The position numbers were made by a program, and so were the translations under genes. A stretch of 64,000 nucleotides of DNA, taken from contig DATBHW010000042.1 of NCBI GenBank assembly GCA_036557285.1, positions 59,412-123,411 of the forward strand, given 5' to 3'. Each line of letters opens with the position of its first letter. Position 1 is the first letter of the stretch. The notes under the pieces were generated by a model, which saw only the letters and a list, made by a program, of their open reading frames with translations, was not told the origin of the DNA and ran no database searches. The DNA comes from Ktedonobacterales bacterium (GTDB taxonomy: Bacteria; Chloroflexota; Ktedonobacteria; Ktedonobacterales; DATBGS01). Shown here piece after piece: positions 28,268 to 40,000 of this stretch.

Positions 28268-29487
28268 GCCGCAGCGCGCTGATCGCGCGGCCCATACCAG
28301 ATACCCTCTATTGCGTCCCACCGCCAGCCGGGCAGCGCGAGCGACACAGCGCATTGCCGCCAGCCTCCCTGGGCTGCGCGCGCCCCTTCAGCAATGCGCT
28401 GCTGCACCACTTCCCAGGCTGGCACCGCGCTGCTCGCGTCGGCTGCTTCGACGCTGCACGCGCCCACCGCCACAGCGCCACGCAGCGCCGCCTCTGGTCT
28501 TGCGCCGTCTAGCAGACTCGCCAGGAAACCGGCGATAGTCGCGTCCCCCGCGCCCGTCGTACCCACCACATGCGCCTGGAAGCAGGGGGCAAGCAGTTCG
28601 CGCCCGCGCCACTCCTGCTGATCGCCGCTGATTCCCCGGCCCGCGCTGCCCAGCCGTTGCCGATCAGCCGTCGTGCGCAGGTACAGCCCCTGGTCGCCCA
28701 GCTTCAACGCCACAACCGCCGCGCCAAACGCCAGGCACGCCTCAGCCAGCCGCGCCAGCGTATCACCGTCCATGCTCAGGACGATGTTCCCATGAGCGCG
28801 CGCCTGCAACACTCCAAACCTGGGACGGTCCAGCATAAACAGTAACTCCTCGGCGCTCGGCAGAAAGAGAGCGACCTGGGGCAAGACCCGTCGCAAGAAG
28901 GCCGCCCAATCAACCTGCCCAGCCTCGGATGCCGGATCGGGCAGCGCCATATCCAGCGAAGTGGTCACGCCCTGGCGGCGCGCGCGCTCCAGCATCGTGA
29001 CCAACTCCCGCCCATTCTCCTGATAGATGCGCCGCATCAGCGGTGGATAGCCGAAATGCAGGAAACGCGCGCCCTCCAGGTCCGCCGCCGCCAGATCAGC
29101 CGCCGCATAGGTATCGTTGACGCCTGGGCAGTGTAAGAAGATGCGGTCCACGCCCGGCGGGCTGATGACAACGCTGTACGACGTTGGCTCGCCGGGCGCG
29201 ACGATCATCCTGGCAGCCAGTTCGGGGTCCAGGCGGCGCAGCAAGTCCAGCAGCACGCCACCCAGCAAATCGTCGCCTACTTTGCCGAAGAGACGCGGTG
29301 GCACGCCCAGGCGATGCAGCGCCAGACCCACATTGGGAACCGGCCCGCCAGTCGCAAAGCGCGCCGGGCCAACATGTGTCAGCTTCCCAGGGGTAAGGAC
29401 AGCATTCTCTTTCCCAGCGGCAGCCTCAAACGCTGGGATGATGTCCACACAGCAATGCCCGGCAATGGCTATAGGACGCTCGACCAT
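28264..29487 (-). CDS. PfkB-family carbohydrate kinase with a C-terminal extension
   Basis: [39 protein letters not shown] precedes the ATG at 29487. Its stop shares the tetranucleotide TTAA (28264-28267) with the convergent gene. Confidence 0.8.
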   Translation of the reverse strand: MVERPIAIAGHCCVDIIPAFEAAAGKENAVLTPGKLTHVGPARFATGGPVPNVGLALHRLGVPPRLFGKVGDDLLGGVLLDLLRRLDPELAARMIVAPGEPTSYSVVISPPGVDRIFLHCPGVNDTYAAADLAAADLEGARFLHFGYPPLMRRIYQENGRELVTMLERARRQGVTTSLDMALPDPASEAGQVDWAAFLRRVLPQVALFLPSAEELLFMLDRPRFGVLQARAHGNIVLSMDGDTLARLAEACLAFGAAVVALKLGDQGLYLRTTADRQRLGSAGRGISGDQQEWRGRELLAPCFQAHVVGTTGAGDATIAGFLASLLDGARPEAALRGAVAVGACSVEAADASSAVPAWEVVQQRIAEGARAAQGGWRQCAVSLALPGWRWDAIEGIWYGPRDQRAAA

Positions 29488-29522
29488 GCCTGTCCTCCTT
29501 CCTGCTGCCGCTTGAAAGCGCC

Positions 29523-30359
29523 TCACGCCTCTTTCAAGCAGGCGCGCGCCTGCTCAGGTGTCGCGCCATCATGGACAATCGCCATCAGCGCCCGCGTCAT
29601 GCTCGTCGGCGCAGCGTGCTGAAAGACGTTGCGGCCATAGACGATGCCCGCCGCGCCTTGCTGCATCAACGCAGCCGTTCGGGCCAGGACTTCGTCATCC
29701 GGCGCGCGCCCGCCGCCGCGCACCAGCACTGGAACACCGCCTGCTATCTCGACAACGCGATGATATTCGCCAACCTGGTCGCTGGGATCAGCCTTGATAA
29801 TATCCGCGCCCAGTTCCACCGCCTGACGCACCAGTGGCAACATCTTCTGAAGATCGCCTTCGACCATATAGCCGCCGCTGCGCGCATCGGCTTGCATCAC
29901 CAACGGCTCGATCATCAGCGGCATGCCAAAGCGCGCACACTCCGCTTTCAGCGCGCAGATATTGGCAATGCACTGATGATACACCTTGGATTGATCGGGC
30001 AAGAGCAGCAGGTTCGCCACCACACAGGCGGCATCCAGCCGCAGCGCCTGCTCGATGGGCGCTGCAATCAACTGGCTGAAAAGATGCGCTGGCAGCACAG
30101 AACCATAGACATTCGCCGTATCGGTGCGCAAGACCAGCGACGGCTTTCCCTTGCCGGGAAGTTCCTGAAGGTGCTGCGCCTGGCCGACGCTCAGTTGGAT
30201 AGCATCGGGCGCTGCGGCAACGACGGCGCGAATGGTGGCGGGCATCGAGTCAATGCCCGCCAGGAACGAGACCTCATTAAAGAACCCGTGATCGATGGCG
30301 ACATCAAAACACTTGCCGTCAGCGGCAAAGAGACGGTTGAGTCGGGGCTGGACGTTCAT
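29523..30359 (-). CDS. Class I (DhnA/FbaB/LsrF-type) aldolase
   Basis: FDVAIDHGFFN..LVLRTD..MIEPL..GADIIKAD (Schiff-base Lys context)..VLVRGGG..GIVYGRNVFQ. Confidence 0.8.
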   Translation of the reverse strand: MNVQPRLNRLFAADGKCFDVAIDHGFFNEVSFLAGIDSMPATIRAVVAAAPDAIQLSVGQAQHLQELPGKGKPSLVLRTDTANVYGSVLPAHLFSQLIAAPIEQALRLDAACVVANLLLLPDQSKVYHQCIANICALKAECARFGMPLMIEPLVMQADARSGGYMVEGDLQKMLPLVRQAVELGADIIKADPSDQVGEYHRVVEIAGGVPVLVRGGGRAPDDEVLARTAALMQQGAAGIVYGRNVFQHAAPTSMTRALMAIVHDGATPEQARACLKEA

Positions 30360-30383
30360 AGAAAAACCATTCCTCGATTATTT

Positions 30384-30409
30384 GCCGCCGAGGCGGCGGC
30401 GCTGCAAGT
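30384..30409. repeat. Single REP unit (inverted orientation)
   Basis: GCCGCCGAGGCGGCGGCGCTGCAAGT. Confidence 0.6.
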
Positions 30410-30517
30410 AACAAACGGGGCATCATGGTATTATTATCGTACACCGCTCAATACCTGCACAACCGGGCAGTTGAAAACGGTTCTACCAAATCTGAGGTGT
30501 TGGCAAGCGAGGCGTGT

Positions 30518-30776
30518 TACTGGGAGCGCCGCCTCCCTTCGGAGAGGGCCGCTTGCCTCCTCCTGCGGGGAGCGGCCCTTGCGGGAATTGGGTTCCCGCA
30601 TTCTCCCTCGCTGCGCTCGGTCGCGGGCCGCTGCTGTTGCCCCGTCCTCTCGCTCCCGTTGGTCGCTCGCGCGTCCCTTCTTGGCGGCCAGCGTTGGCCT
30701 GCTGGTCCGCTGGCCTGGAGGGCGAACGTTCGCCAGGGCGCAGCGTTGGCCGCCTGGAAGGCGGCGCTACAAGTGA
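30518..30776. repeat. Roughly 260-bp composite REP/MITE-like element
   Basis: The left end ACTGGGAGCGCCGCCTCCC is inverted relative to the right end GCCGCCTGGAAGGCGGCGCTACAAGT. Internal CAGCGTTGGCC(T/G) modules are shared with the elements at 7914 and 35646. Confidence 0.7.
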
Positions 30777-30859
30777 CCCCTGATAATTGGTGGAACCGTT
30801 GAGAACACGTGTTGTCTTTGCCGCGCAGCACCAGCAGCAAAGCATATTCTGGAGGCAAT

Positions 30860-31894
30860 ATGGAAAAGTACGGCTATCGCTTTTCGTTCGGTCCCTGGAA
30901 TATTCACGAGGGCGCTGACCCCTTTGGGCCGCCGGTCCGGCCTCCACGTGACTTCGAGAGCAAACTGGCGGTCTTCACAGAACTGGGCTTCGATGCCGTA
31001 CAGTTCCACGATGACGATGCCGTCCCCGGCCTGGATGACCTTTCGGCGGCGCAAATCCACGAGCGAGCGCGAGCCATGCGCCAGAAGTTGGCTGATCAAG
31101 GGCTGGAAGCCGAATTTGTCGCGCCGCGCCTCTGGGAGCATGCCATGACTGTTGACGGCGCTTTCACTGCAAACGACGCCAGAGCCAGGGAGTACGCCAT
31201 TGAGCGCGCCAAAAAAGCCATAGACATCAGCCATGTCCTGGGAACCAATCTGCTGGTGCTGTGGCTGGCCCGCGAGGGAACCTATCTGCGCGAAGCCAAA
31301 GATGCCCGCCGCGCTACAGATCAGTTGCTGGAAGCAATCAACGCTCTACTGGAGTATGACCCGCAGGTGCGCATCGCCATCGAGCCAAAACCCAACGAGC
31401 CAATGGACCTGGCCTACATCCCAACCATCGGGCATGGCCTGGCCCTGAGCGGTCAGGCAAGCGATCCCGCCAGGGTGGGCGTCTTGATGGAGTCGGCGCA
31501 TGCCATTCTGGCGGGGCTGGACCCTTCAGACGAAATCGCCTTCGCCCTGTCTTTTAATAAGCTCTGGAGCGTGCATCTCAACGATCAGAACGGCCCCAAA
31601 TATGACCAGGACCGCTCCTTTGGCTCGGTTGATCTGCGCCGGGCGTTCAATCAAGTGCGCGTGCTGGACAGCAATCGCTACTGGACAATAGGAATGGTTG
31701 GCCTGGATGTCAAAGCCATTCGCACGCAGCCCGCGCTGCTGGCGACCAAACACCTGCGCAACAGCCTGCGCGCCTTCCTGCGGCTGGTCGAAGTCGTTCG
31801 CTCGGTAGATGAGCAAACGGTGAACGCGCTCATCAAAGAACGCGACTACGAAGAGCTTGACTGGCTCATCCTCAACTCGTTGATGGGCCGCTAA
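30860..31894 (+). CDS. Xylose-isomerase-like TIM-barrel sugar isomerase (class I XylA-like)
   Basis: FSFGPWNIHEGADPFGPPVRPP..GFDAVQFHDDDAVP..LLVLWLAREG..IAIEPKPNEP..WSVHLNDQNG. GGAGG precedes the ATG at 30860. Confidence 0.75.
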   Translation: MEKYGYRFSFGPWNIHEGADPFGPPVRPPRDFESKLAVFTELGFDAVQFHDDDAVPGLDDLSAAQIHERARAMRQKLADQGLEAEFVAPRLWEHAMTVDGAFTANDARAREYAIERAKKAIDISHVLGTNLLVLWLAREGTYLREAKDARRATDQLLEAINALLEYDPQVRIAIEPKPNEPMDLAYIPTIGHGLALSGQASDPARVGVLMESAHAILAGLDPSDEIAFALSFNKLWSVHLNDQNGPKYDQDRSFGSVDLRRAFNQVRVLDSNRYWTIGMVGLDVKAIRTQPALLATKHLRNSLRAFLRLVEVVRSVDEQTVNALIKERDYEELDWLILNSLMGR

Positions 31895-31908
31895 AAGCGT
31901 GTGGTCTT

Positions 31909-33807
<1,899 letters not shown>

Positions 33808-34103
33808 AGTAATTTCCTTCTCTTCCTGTTGTATCGGCGAGGTATCATTCATTCCTTTACGCGCTCTTTGACCCCTGTCATAATACACTACGTTTCAACA
33901 GCCAAACAGTTGAGAAACAGTCTCTTTCCTATGATCGGTCAGCCTGATTTTGGCCGGAAACTTGCGCGCCGGAGGACTATAGCAGGGAATAGAGGCAGCC
34001 GAACCCATGAGAACCTCCCCTTTCTTGCAGTGAACCGCGCAGAAAGCGTGTCAAGCCTTCTTGCGCCTTTTTGCCGCCAGCGTAAAGGAGCGATCACCTA
34101 CAG

Positions 34104-35606
34104 ATGCAGCCAGATAGCGTTAAAGCGCCGTTGATCCTGACCATAGATGCTGGCACCTCATCGGTGCGTGTCCAGTTGTATGACCATCAGGGCCGCCAGG
34201 TGGAAGGCGTTGCCAGCCACGAGCCATGCCACCTGCACACTACCGCCGAGGGGGCTGTCGAAGAACATCCCGATGAGATGCTGGCGCGCATCGAACGCTG
34301 CCTGGACGCCGCGCTGGAGCAGGCAAAAACGAGGTTGCTTGCCAGCGCCGTCAGCGGGGTTGCGTGCGATACCCTCGCCGCAACCATCCTGGCGATTGAC
34401 AAAGCCGGGCGGCCAATCACTCCCCTGATTACTTACGCCGACACCCGCAACGCTCAGGATTCGGAGGCGCTGCGCCGCCAGCTTGATGAACGCGCCATCC
34501 ATGATCGCACCGGCTGTATGCTGCGTTCCAGCTATTGGCCTGCGCGGCTCGCCTGGTTTCGACGAACTCAGCCGGAAGTCTGGCGCAATGCCGCGCGCTG
34601 GATCACGCTTGGAGAATACCTGGAACTGCGCCTGTTCGGGCAGAGCCGTGTCAGCTACTCTATCGCTTCATGGAGCGGCCTGCTTGACCGCCGGACGCTG
34701 CGCTGGGACGCGCCGCTGCTCGATGCCCTTGGCCTCACGCCGGAGCAGCTCTCCCCTCTCATAGAGAGAAACGAGCCGCTGCGCAGCCTCGCCGCGCCCT
34801 ATGCCAGCCGCTGGCCCGCGCTGCGTGACGTACCCTGGTTTCCAGCGATTGGCGACGGGGCCGCCGCGAATATAGGCAGTGGTTGCGTGAGCCACGAGCG
34901 CATCGCGCTCACCATTGGGACGAGCGGAGCCATGCGCGCAATCGTTGATGAGGTGCCTGAAGTGCCAGCGGGATTGTGGCTCTATCGGGTAGACCGTCGC
35001 CGCGCCTTGCTGGGCGGCGCAACCAGCGAAGGCGGCAACGTCTACGCCTGGATGAGACAGACGCTGCAACTGGGCCAGCCAGAGGCGCTTGAGCAAGCGT
35101 TAGAAGCTATGCCGCCTGATAGTCATGGGCTAACCGTCCTGCCCTTCCTGGCTGGCGAGCGCAGCCCCGGCTGGGCTGGCGATGTAAAAGCCACTATCAC
35201 CGGCCTCAGCCTCAGCGCCACGCCTCTCGACATCCTGCGCGCCAGCCTGGAGGCCGTCGCCTACCGCTTCGCCCTGATCGCTCAGGGCATCTGTAACCGG
35301 GCCGATTGCACGCATCGCTTCATCGCCAGCGGCGGCGGGCTGCTTCACTCCTCGGCCTGGATGCAGATTTTTGCGGACGTGCTGGGGCGGCCCGTCGTCG
35401 CTTCGGCTGAGCCGGAAGCTACCAGCCGGGGCGCTGCGCTGCTGGCGCTGGAAACCCTGGGCGCTATGCCCGCTATTGAGACGGTACCGGCTGCCGATGG
35501 AGCCATTTATCAGCCGAATCCTGAGCGCCAGGAGCGTTATCGCGCGGCCATCGCCCGCCAGCAGCGCCTCTATGATCTGCTCATTCCCCACAGCGCCCCC
35601 GCCTGA
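34104..35606 (+). CDS. FGGY-family carbohydrate kinase (gluconate/pentulose kinase-like)
   Basis: LTIDAGTSSVRVQLY..SYWPARLAW..GDGAAANIG..GTSGAMR..ASGGGLLHS. Confidence 0.85.
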   Translation: MQPDSVKAPLILTIDAGTSSVRVQLYDHQGRQVEGVASHEPCHLHTTAEGAVEEHPDEMLARIERCLDAALEQAKTRLLASAVSGVACDTLAATILAIDKAGRPITPLITYADTRNAQDSEALRRQLDERAIHDRTGCMLRSSYWPARLAWFRRTQPEVWRNAARWITLGEYLELRLFGQSRVSYSIASWSGLLDRRTLRWDAPLLDALGLTPEQLSPLIERNEPLRSLAAPYASRWPALRDVPWFPAIGDGAAANIGSGCVSHERIALTIGTSGAMRAIVDEVPEVPAGLWLYRVDRRRALLGGATSEGGNVYAWMRQTLQLGQPEALEQALEAMPPDSHGLTVLPFLAGERSPGWAGDVKATITGLSLSATPLDILRASLEAVAYRFALIAQGICNRADCTHRFIASGGGLLHSSAWMQIFADVLGRPVVASAEPEATSRGAALLALETLGAMPAIETVPAADGAIYQPNPERQERYRAAIARQQRLYDLLIPHSAPA

Positions 35607-35620
35607 CGAGCGCCAGTTGA

Positions 35621-35730
35621 GTGTAGCGCCGCCGTCTCGGCGGCTCAACGTTGGCCTGGCGGAACGTGGCCCCTTAGAGCGAGCGTTTGCCCAGGCGCGG
35701 CGGGTGGCCGCCGAGACGGCGGCGCTACAG
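35621..35730. repeat. 110-bp palindromic REP pair (archetype of the family)
   Basis: GTGTAGCGCCGCCGTCTCGGCGGC ... GCCGCCGAGACGGCGGCGCTACAG, with the internal module TCAACGTTGGCCTGGCGGAACGTGGCC. Confidence 0.85.
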
Positions 35731-35889
35731 GGTTCTCCTTGACCCGGCTTTCGCGTGATAGCTCAGCGACATGGCGCGTCTAAAGAAGCAGAACACACAT
35801 GTGTACTCCATCATGAAGCGCGCTGGTAGGCTGATCCGGCCAATCAAGCGACAGCCCCCTTCATGATGCTGCCGGAGGGAACGTAACCG

Positions 35890-36597
35890 ATGGCAAAGAA
35901 AGAACGGCTGCGTATGGCGCACACATCAGCCAGGGAAGAGGCATCCGACAAACAGCCAGAGCCGACACAACCACCGGCTGATGAAACATACCAGAACGCG
36001 GGAGACCTCTCAGCCCTGGTCGAGCAGGCGCGGGCAGGCGACCACGCGGCTTTTGAGGCGCTGGTGACACGCTTCCAGACACCTGTACGGCTTTACCTCG
36101 CGCACCTGATCGGTGATGATGAGCAGGCGCGCGATTTGACCCAGGATGTCTTCTGGCAAGCATGGACTGGCCTGCCAAAGCTGCGCGACACAATGTATTT
36201 TCGGGCCTGGCTCTTTCGCGTGGCAACTAATCGCGGGCGCTCCTGGTTACGCCACCGTCGGCTGATCAACTGGGTCTCATTAGACTGGCTCAATGGGGCC
36301 AGCGAAAACCGAACCATTAATCGAGAGCGAGCCGCTCTCCCTGGCGATGCGCTGCACGCCCCGGAAAGCGGATTTGAGGAGCGGCTGGCAGAAATAGAAA
36401 CGCTCCGGCAGGCGCTTCGCCAGGTTCCGGTGGAGTATCGCTCCTGCTTGCTGCTGCATCTCAGCCTGGGCTTTACTGTACCAGAGGTAGCAGATCAGTT
36501 GAGCCTCACCACTGGCGCGGTACGTATGCGGCTCTTTCGGGGTCTGGCGCTGCTGCGTCAGACCTTCAAGCAAGAAAGCGTGAGCGGCAGTGGATAA
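35890..36597 (+). CDS. ECF (group 4) RNA polymerase sigma factor
   Basis: Region 2: DDEQARDLTQDVFWQAW..FRAWLFRVATNRGRSWLR. Region 4: VPVEYRSCLLLHLSLGFTVPEVADQLSLTTGAVRMRLFRG. Confidence 0.9.
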   Translation: MAKKERLRMAHTSAREEASDKQPEPTQPPADETYQNAGDLSALVEQARAGDHAAFEALVTRFQTPVRLYLAHLIGDDEQARDLTQDVFWQAWTGLPKLRDTMYFRAWLFRVATNRGRSWLRHRRLINWVSLDWLNGASENRTINRERAALPGDALHAPESGFEERLAEIETLRQALRQVPVEYRSCLLLHLSLGFTVPEVADQLSLTTGAVRMRLFRGLALLRQTFKQESVSGSG

Positions 36598-36651
36598 GCG
36601 CGCCTGGACCATTCCCTGAGCAAGTCTGAAGCACCAGAAAGCGAGGCATTC

Positions 36652-38493
36652 ATGTCCTCGACGATATGTGAACATAGCGATGAATTACTCACGCTGGGAG
36701 CCATGCAGCTTCTCTCAGCGGAAGAACAAACCAGACTGGAGACGCAGGTGAGCGCCTGCGCAGCCTGCCGGGCGCGCTTTCAGGAATATCGTGCGCTGGC
36801 GGGTTCAATGCCCCAACTGGCGCTGCTCGAAACCGCCCCCTCCAAAGCACTGAACGGGAAGCAGCCTCCCAGCACAAATAGCTATGCGCCGCATCTCCCC
36901 ACGTTCTTCGGAGCAGGCGCAGCGGGCAAAAAGCCAGAAGACACCGGCTTTTCTAGTTCAGAGCAACCTATCGCCATTGGCCCACAGCGGCGCCGCGCCA
37001 ACCAGCGCCTTGTCAAAGTGCTGAGCAGCCTGGCCGCAGCCGTCATCCTGGTTGGCTTGATCGGCGGCTTCTGGCTTTTGATGCTGAGCCGCGCGTCTCA
37101 TACCCATAACCAGACCATCAACCAGCCGACGCAGCAGACGGTCATCGCTTACAACCCCTGTAGCAACGAAATAGCGAAAGGCGTTAACGGCATTTTCCCG
37201 GCCTGTGGCCTGATCGTGATGGATTACTCTCAGACCCCTCCAACGCTGAAAGTCATCAACCCGTCAACGGGTGAGCCGCTCTTCGGGGTGGACCCATTGC
37301 CGGTAGGCAATGCCCTGCTGGCCTCGCTCTCCGCAGACCGTCTCACCCTGGCGCTGGGCATTATTCCTAACCCGGCCACCGACCCCATTTCTATTCAGAT
37401 GGTCGGGATAGATCCCTGGAAACTGGGCGCGAAACTGCCTCTGCGAATAGCATCAACTGAGAGCCTTCAGAGCCTGGCAATCACTTCCAACGGCACGGGC
37501 GTCTACGCGGTCATCGAAGATTACTTACAAACGCCCATACAAGCGATATTACAGTATTACACCTATGCTCGTGGGACCGATACCCTCAAGCTCGGCTGGA
37601 GTGAGCCGCTGCCGTTTGTGCCAGGCAATGGGCTGATCGGTGATGGCTCATTCGCGCTCTCGGCTGATGGCAAAACAGCTTACCTCTTTAGCGCGGCAAC
37701 CAATCCCCCGCAGCTTGCCGCTGTGCCTCTGCAAGCCAACGGCACTGGCAGTCCGCACATCCTCCAGTTGCCTTCCATTGCTACTGGCGCAGAGCCGCCG
37801 CTTGGCGATGAGCACTACACGTACCGACCTGGCGACACAATCTATCAATGGTATCGGCCTGCCGTGATATTTGCGCCGCAGCAAAACAAGCTCTATCTCG
37901 TTCATGCCCAGGCAGCAGACCCCAACAAAGATATGCTGCTCGTCATTGATCTGGCACAAATGAAGGCCAGTCCAGACATCCCCATCCACGATGCAGGCCA
38001 GGCGCTGCCTGCTCTCAGTTTGCCAGCGCAGAGCGGCGCGGCGCTGGCAGCTTTTTCGGCGTTGTTCTCACCGCAGATCGCCCCAGCAATGGGCAGCAAT
38101 CCACTGACCTTGCAGCCGCAGATAGGGGTACAACCCTATAAAGGGTGGAAACCATACAATGGGCGAAAGGAAGTGGGCGCTGTCTCGCCAGATGGCCGCT
38201 GGATTTACCTGAGCGGCTCAAGCTCCTCGCCGCAGTTCAATTCAGATGGTTCGTGGAGCAGAAGTGAGCAGGAGACCGGCCTGGGCGTGTTGAAGATTGA
38301 TACTCAGACCGGCCAGGTTGTTGGGCGCTGGCTCAAGGGTTCATTCTACGACGGGCTGACCCTCGGCGGGGATGGCCGAAACCTGTATCTTAACGCCATC
38401 AACGCGCTCCTGGTCTTTGATACGCAGCAGCAGGAACTGACACAGGCGTTTCTGAACATTCAGAGCACCTGGTTCATCCTGGCCCTGCCCTGA
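36652..38493 (+). CDS. Anti-sigma factor (zf-HC2) with a TM segment and an extracytoplasmic beta-propeller-like domain
   Basis: N-terminal H..C..CAAC zinc motif (CEHSDELL..VSACAACRARFQEY). TM segment LSSLAAAVILVGLIGGFWLLML. Repeated S.DG..(A/I)Y(L/A) propeller-like units. The gene sits 55 bp after the sigma gene. Confidence 0.75.
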   Translation: MSSTICEHSDELLTLGAMQLLSAEEQTRLETQVSACAACRARFQEYRALAGSMPQLALLETAPSKALNGKQPPSTNSYAPHLPTFFGAGAAGKKPEDTGFSSSEQPIAIGPQRRRANQRLVKVLSSLAAAVILVGLIGGFWLLMLSRASHTHNQTINQPTQQTVIAYNPCSNEIAKGVNGIFPACGLIVMDYSQTPPTLKVINPSTGEPLFGVDPLPVGNALLASLSADRLTLALGIIPNPATDPISIQMVGIDPWKLGAKLPLRIASTESLQSLAITSNGTGVYAVIEDYLQTPIQAILQYYTYARGTDTLKLGWSEPLPFVPGNGLIGDGSFALSADGKTAYLFSAATNPPQLAAVPLQANGTGSPHILQLPSIATGAEPPLGDEHYTYRPGDTIYQWYRPAVIFAPQQNKLYLVHAQAADPNKDMLLVIDLAQMKASPDIPIHDAGQALPALSLPAQSGAALAAFSALFSPQIAPAMGSNPLTLQPQIGVQPYKGWKPYNGRKEVGAVSPDGRWIYLSGSSSSPQFNSDGSWSRSEQETGLGVLKIDTQTGQVVGRWLKGSFYDGLTLGGDGRNLYLNAINALLVFDTQQQELTQAFLNIQSTWFILALP

Positions 38494-38513
38494 TGAGGCG
38501 CTGGAGCGCACTA

Positions 38514-38540
38514 CTTGCAGCGCCGCCGTCCCTGGCGGCC
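38514..38540. repeat. Single REP unit
   Basis: CTTGCAGCGCCGCCGTCCCTGGCGGCC, between convergent genes. Confidence 0.6.
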
Positions 38541-38552
38541 AGATTTCGCCAT

Positions 38553-39017
38553 TCACAACGGATCGCTCAGCTTAAACGGCGAGGCCGGATCATCGTTCAG
38601 CAGGCGCAGCAGGGTATCGGGTGGGTTCACCCGCAGCGTCTGCGCGCTGTCCAGCACCTCTCGAAGCTCATCTGGATTCAGATCAAGCCTGGGATCCCAG
38701 CCAAATCGCTTCATATCCACGCGCCCATCCGGCTCAAAGCTCACCCCATCCTCCTCCAGCAGGGTGCGCATGCGGTCTTTCGCGCCAAATGCCTTGCTGC
38801 CAGTCAAGACACCCTCTTTACTAATCACGCGATGGGCGGGAACATTCAGGTTTGCCGGAGTCGCGCTCATAATCCAGCCAATCATCCGCGCCCCGCGCGG
38901 ATAGCCCACCGCACCCGCCAGCCAGCCATACGTCGTCACGCGCCCCTTGGGGCACGCCCGCACCAGCGCGTACACCTGGGCGCTGAGCTTGCCCGTCTGA
39001 TCTTTCGTAATCGCCAT
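38553..39017 (-). CDS. Alkyltransferase-like (ATL) protein: MGMT DNA-binding domain without the acceptor Cys
   Basis: VYALVRACPKGRVTTYGWLA..NVPAHRVIS. The canonical PCHRV is replaced by PAHRV, as in Ala-type ATLs. A C-terminal extension of about 60 aa follows. Confidence 0.8.
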   Translation of the reverse strand: MAITKDQTGKLSAQVYALVRACPKGRVTTYGWLAGAVGYPRGARMIGWIMSATPANLNVPAHRVISKEGVLTGSKAFGAKDRMRTLLEEDGVSFEPDGRVDMKRFGWDPRLDLNPDELREVLDSAQTLRVNPPDTLLRLLNDDPASPFKLSDPL

Positions 39018-39098
39018 CTCCCTGCCCCTCTCTAAAGGGCTGTTAGAATTAACGGTTCTTGCTCATAATTTAATACTTCCTGCACATATTAAAACACC

Positions 39099-39392
39099 TT
39101 GCAAGAGCCTGTTTGGCAATGTGGGAAGCGGGAGCCTGCTTTCTGCTGCTCGAAAGACACGTCAGCACTCCGAGCGACGCGCGTGGTTTTTTTTACCGGA
39201 TTTGGTGGACCTGGGCAGAATCCCTCTTGGAACACCTGTTGGCCTCTCGGTGGGAGACTGACAGAACCGTTTCGGCAGGTCTGCGACCGACTCGCGCAGG
39301 CGGGCTTCGTGGCGCCCGCCCCCGACCTCTACCGTGGTAAGATGACCACCTCGGTCGAAGCACAGCACCTATACCTGATCCGTTGTCCATGA
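39099..39392 (+). pseudogene. Probable relic of a dienelactone-hydrolase-family gene
   Basis: The ORF translation ..FRQVCDRLAQAGFVAPAPDLYRGKMTTSVEAQ resembles the N-terminal third of DLH enzymes (..GFVALAPDLYHGK..). It stops after fewer than 100 aa and no catalytic Cys/Ser-His region follows. Confidence 0.35.
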
Positions 39393-39435
39393 TCTTCTGT
39401 TCAGCGATAGCGCCATGACTCTTGGAGGTGTATTG

Positions 39436-39987
39436 ATGGACCCCTTGTGGAGAACCGCCCTTTGGCAGCAGTTCGGCGCGACGATTGATATGCTCGAAAA
39501 CGCCCTGCTCGCCTGCCCCAGCACGCTGTGGACTGCACACCTTTGGAGCGACCACTCCGACCCGCCACAGCCCTCGGAAGACGCCGCCTTCTGGTCGCTC
39601 ACCCATCACACTCTCTTCTGGCTCGACTTGTATCTCACCGGCTCCCTGGAAGGCTTCGCTCCCCCCACTCCCTTCACCCAGGATGAGTTTGGGCCAGCAG
39701 GTGGCCTTCCCGAACAGCCCTACACCAGGGAGGAGCTGCACAACTATCTGGTGAAACTGCGCCAGAAGTGCCAGGCCACGCTGCGCTCGTTGTCAGACGA
39801 GCAAGCTCGCCGTCAGGTTGCTTTCCCCTGGAGATGGTGGAAGCCGATGAGCTTTTTCGAGCTTCTGTTGTACACTATGCGCCACGTCCAGGAACATGCG
39901 GCCCAACTGAGCCTCTTTCTTGGACAGCACGGCATCCCGGACGAGGCGCTCGACTGGGTCGCGCGAGCGAAGGGTGACCGAGACTGA
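39436..39987 (+). CDS. DinB-family four-helix-bundle protein
   Basis: FGATIDMLENALLACP..HHTLFWLDLYL..LLYTMRHVQEHAAQLSLFLG. GGAGGTG precedes the ATG at 39436. Confidence 0.75.
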   Translation: MDPLWRTALWQQFGATIDMLENALLACPSTLWTAHLWSDHSDPPQPSEDAAFWSLTHHTLFWLDLYLTGSLEGFAPPTPFTQDEFGPAGGLPEQPYTREELHNYLVKLRQKCQATLRSLSDEQARRQVAFPWRWWKPMSFFELLLYTMRHVQEHAAQLSLFLGQHGIPDEALDWVARAKGDRD

Positions 39988-40000
39988 GACAAGGACTTTC

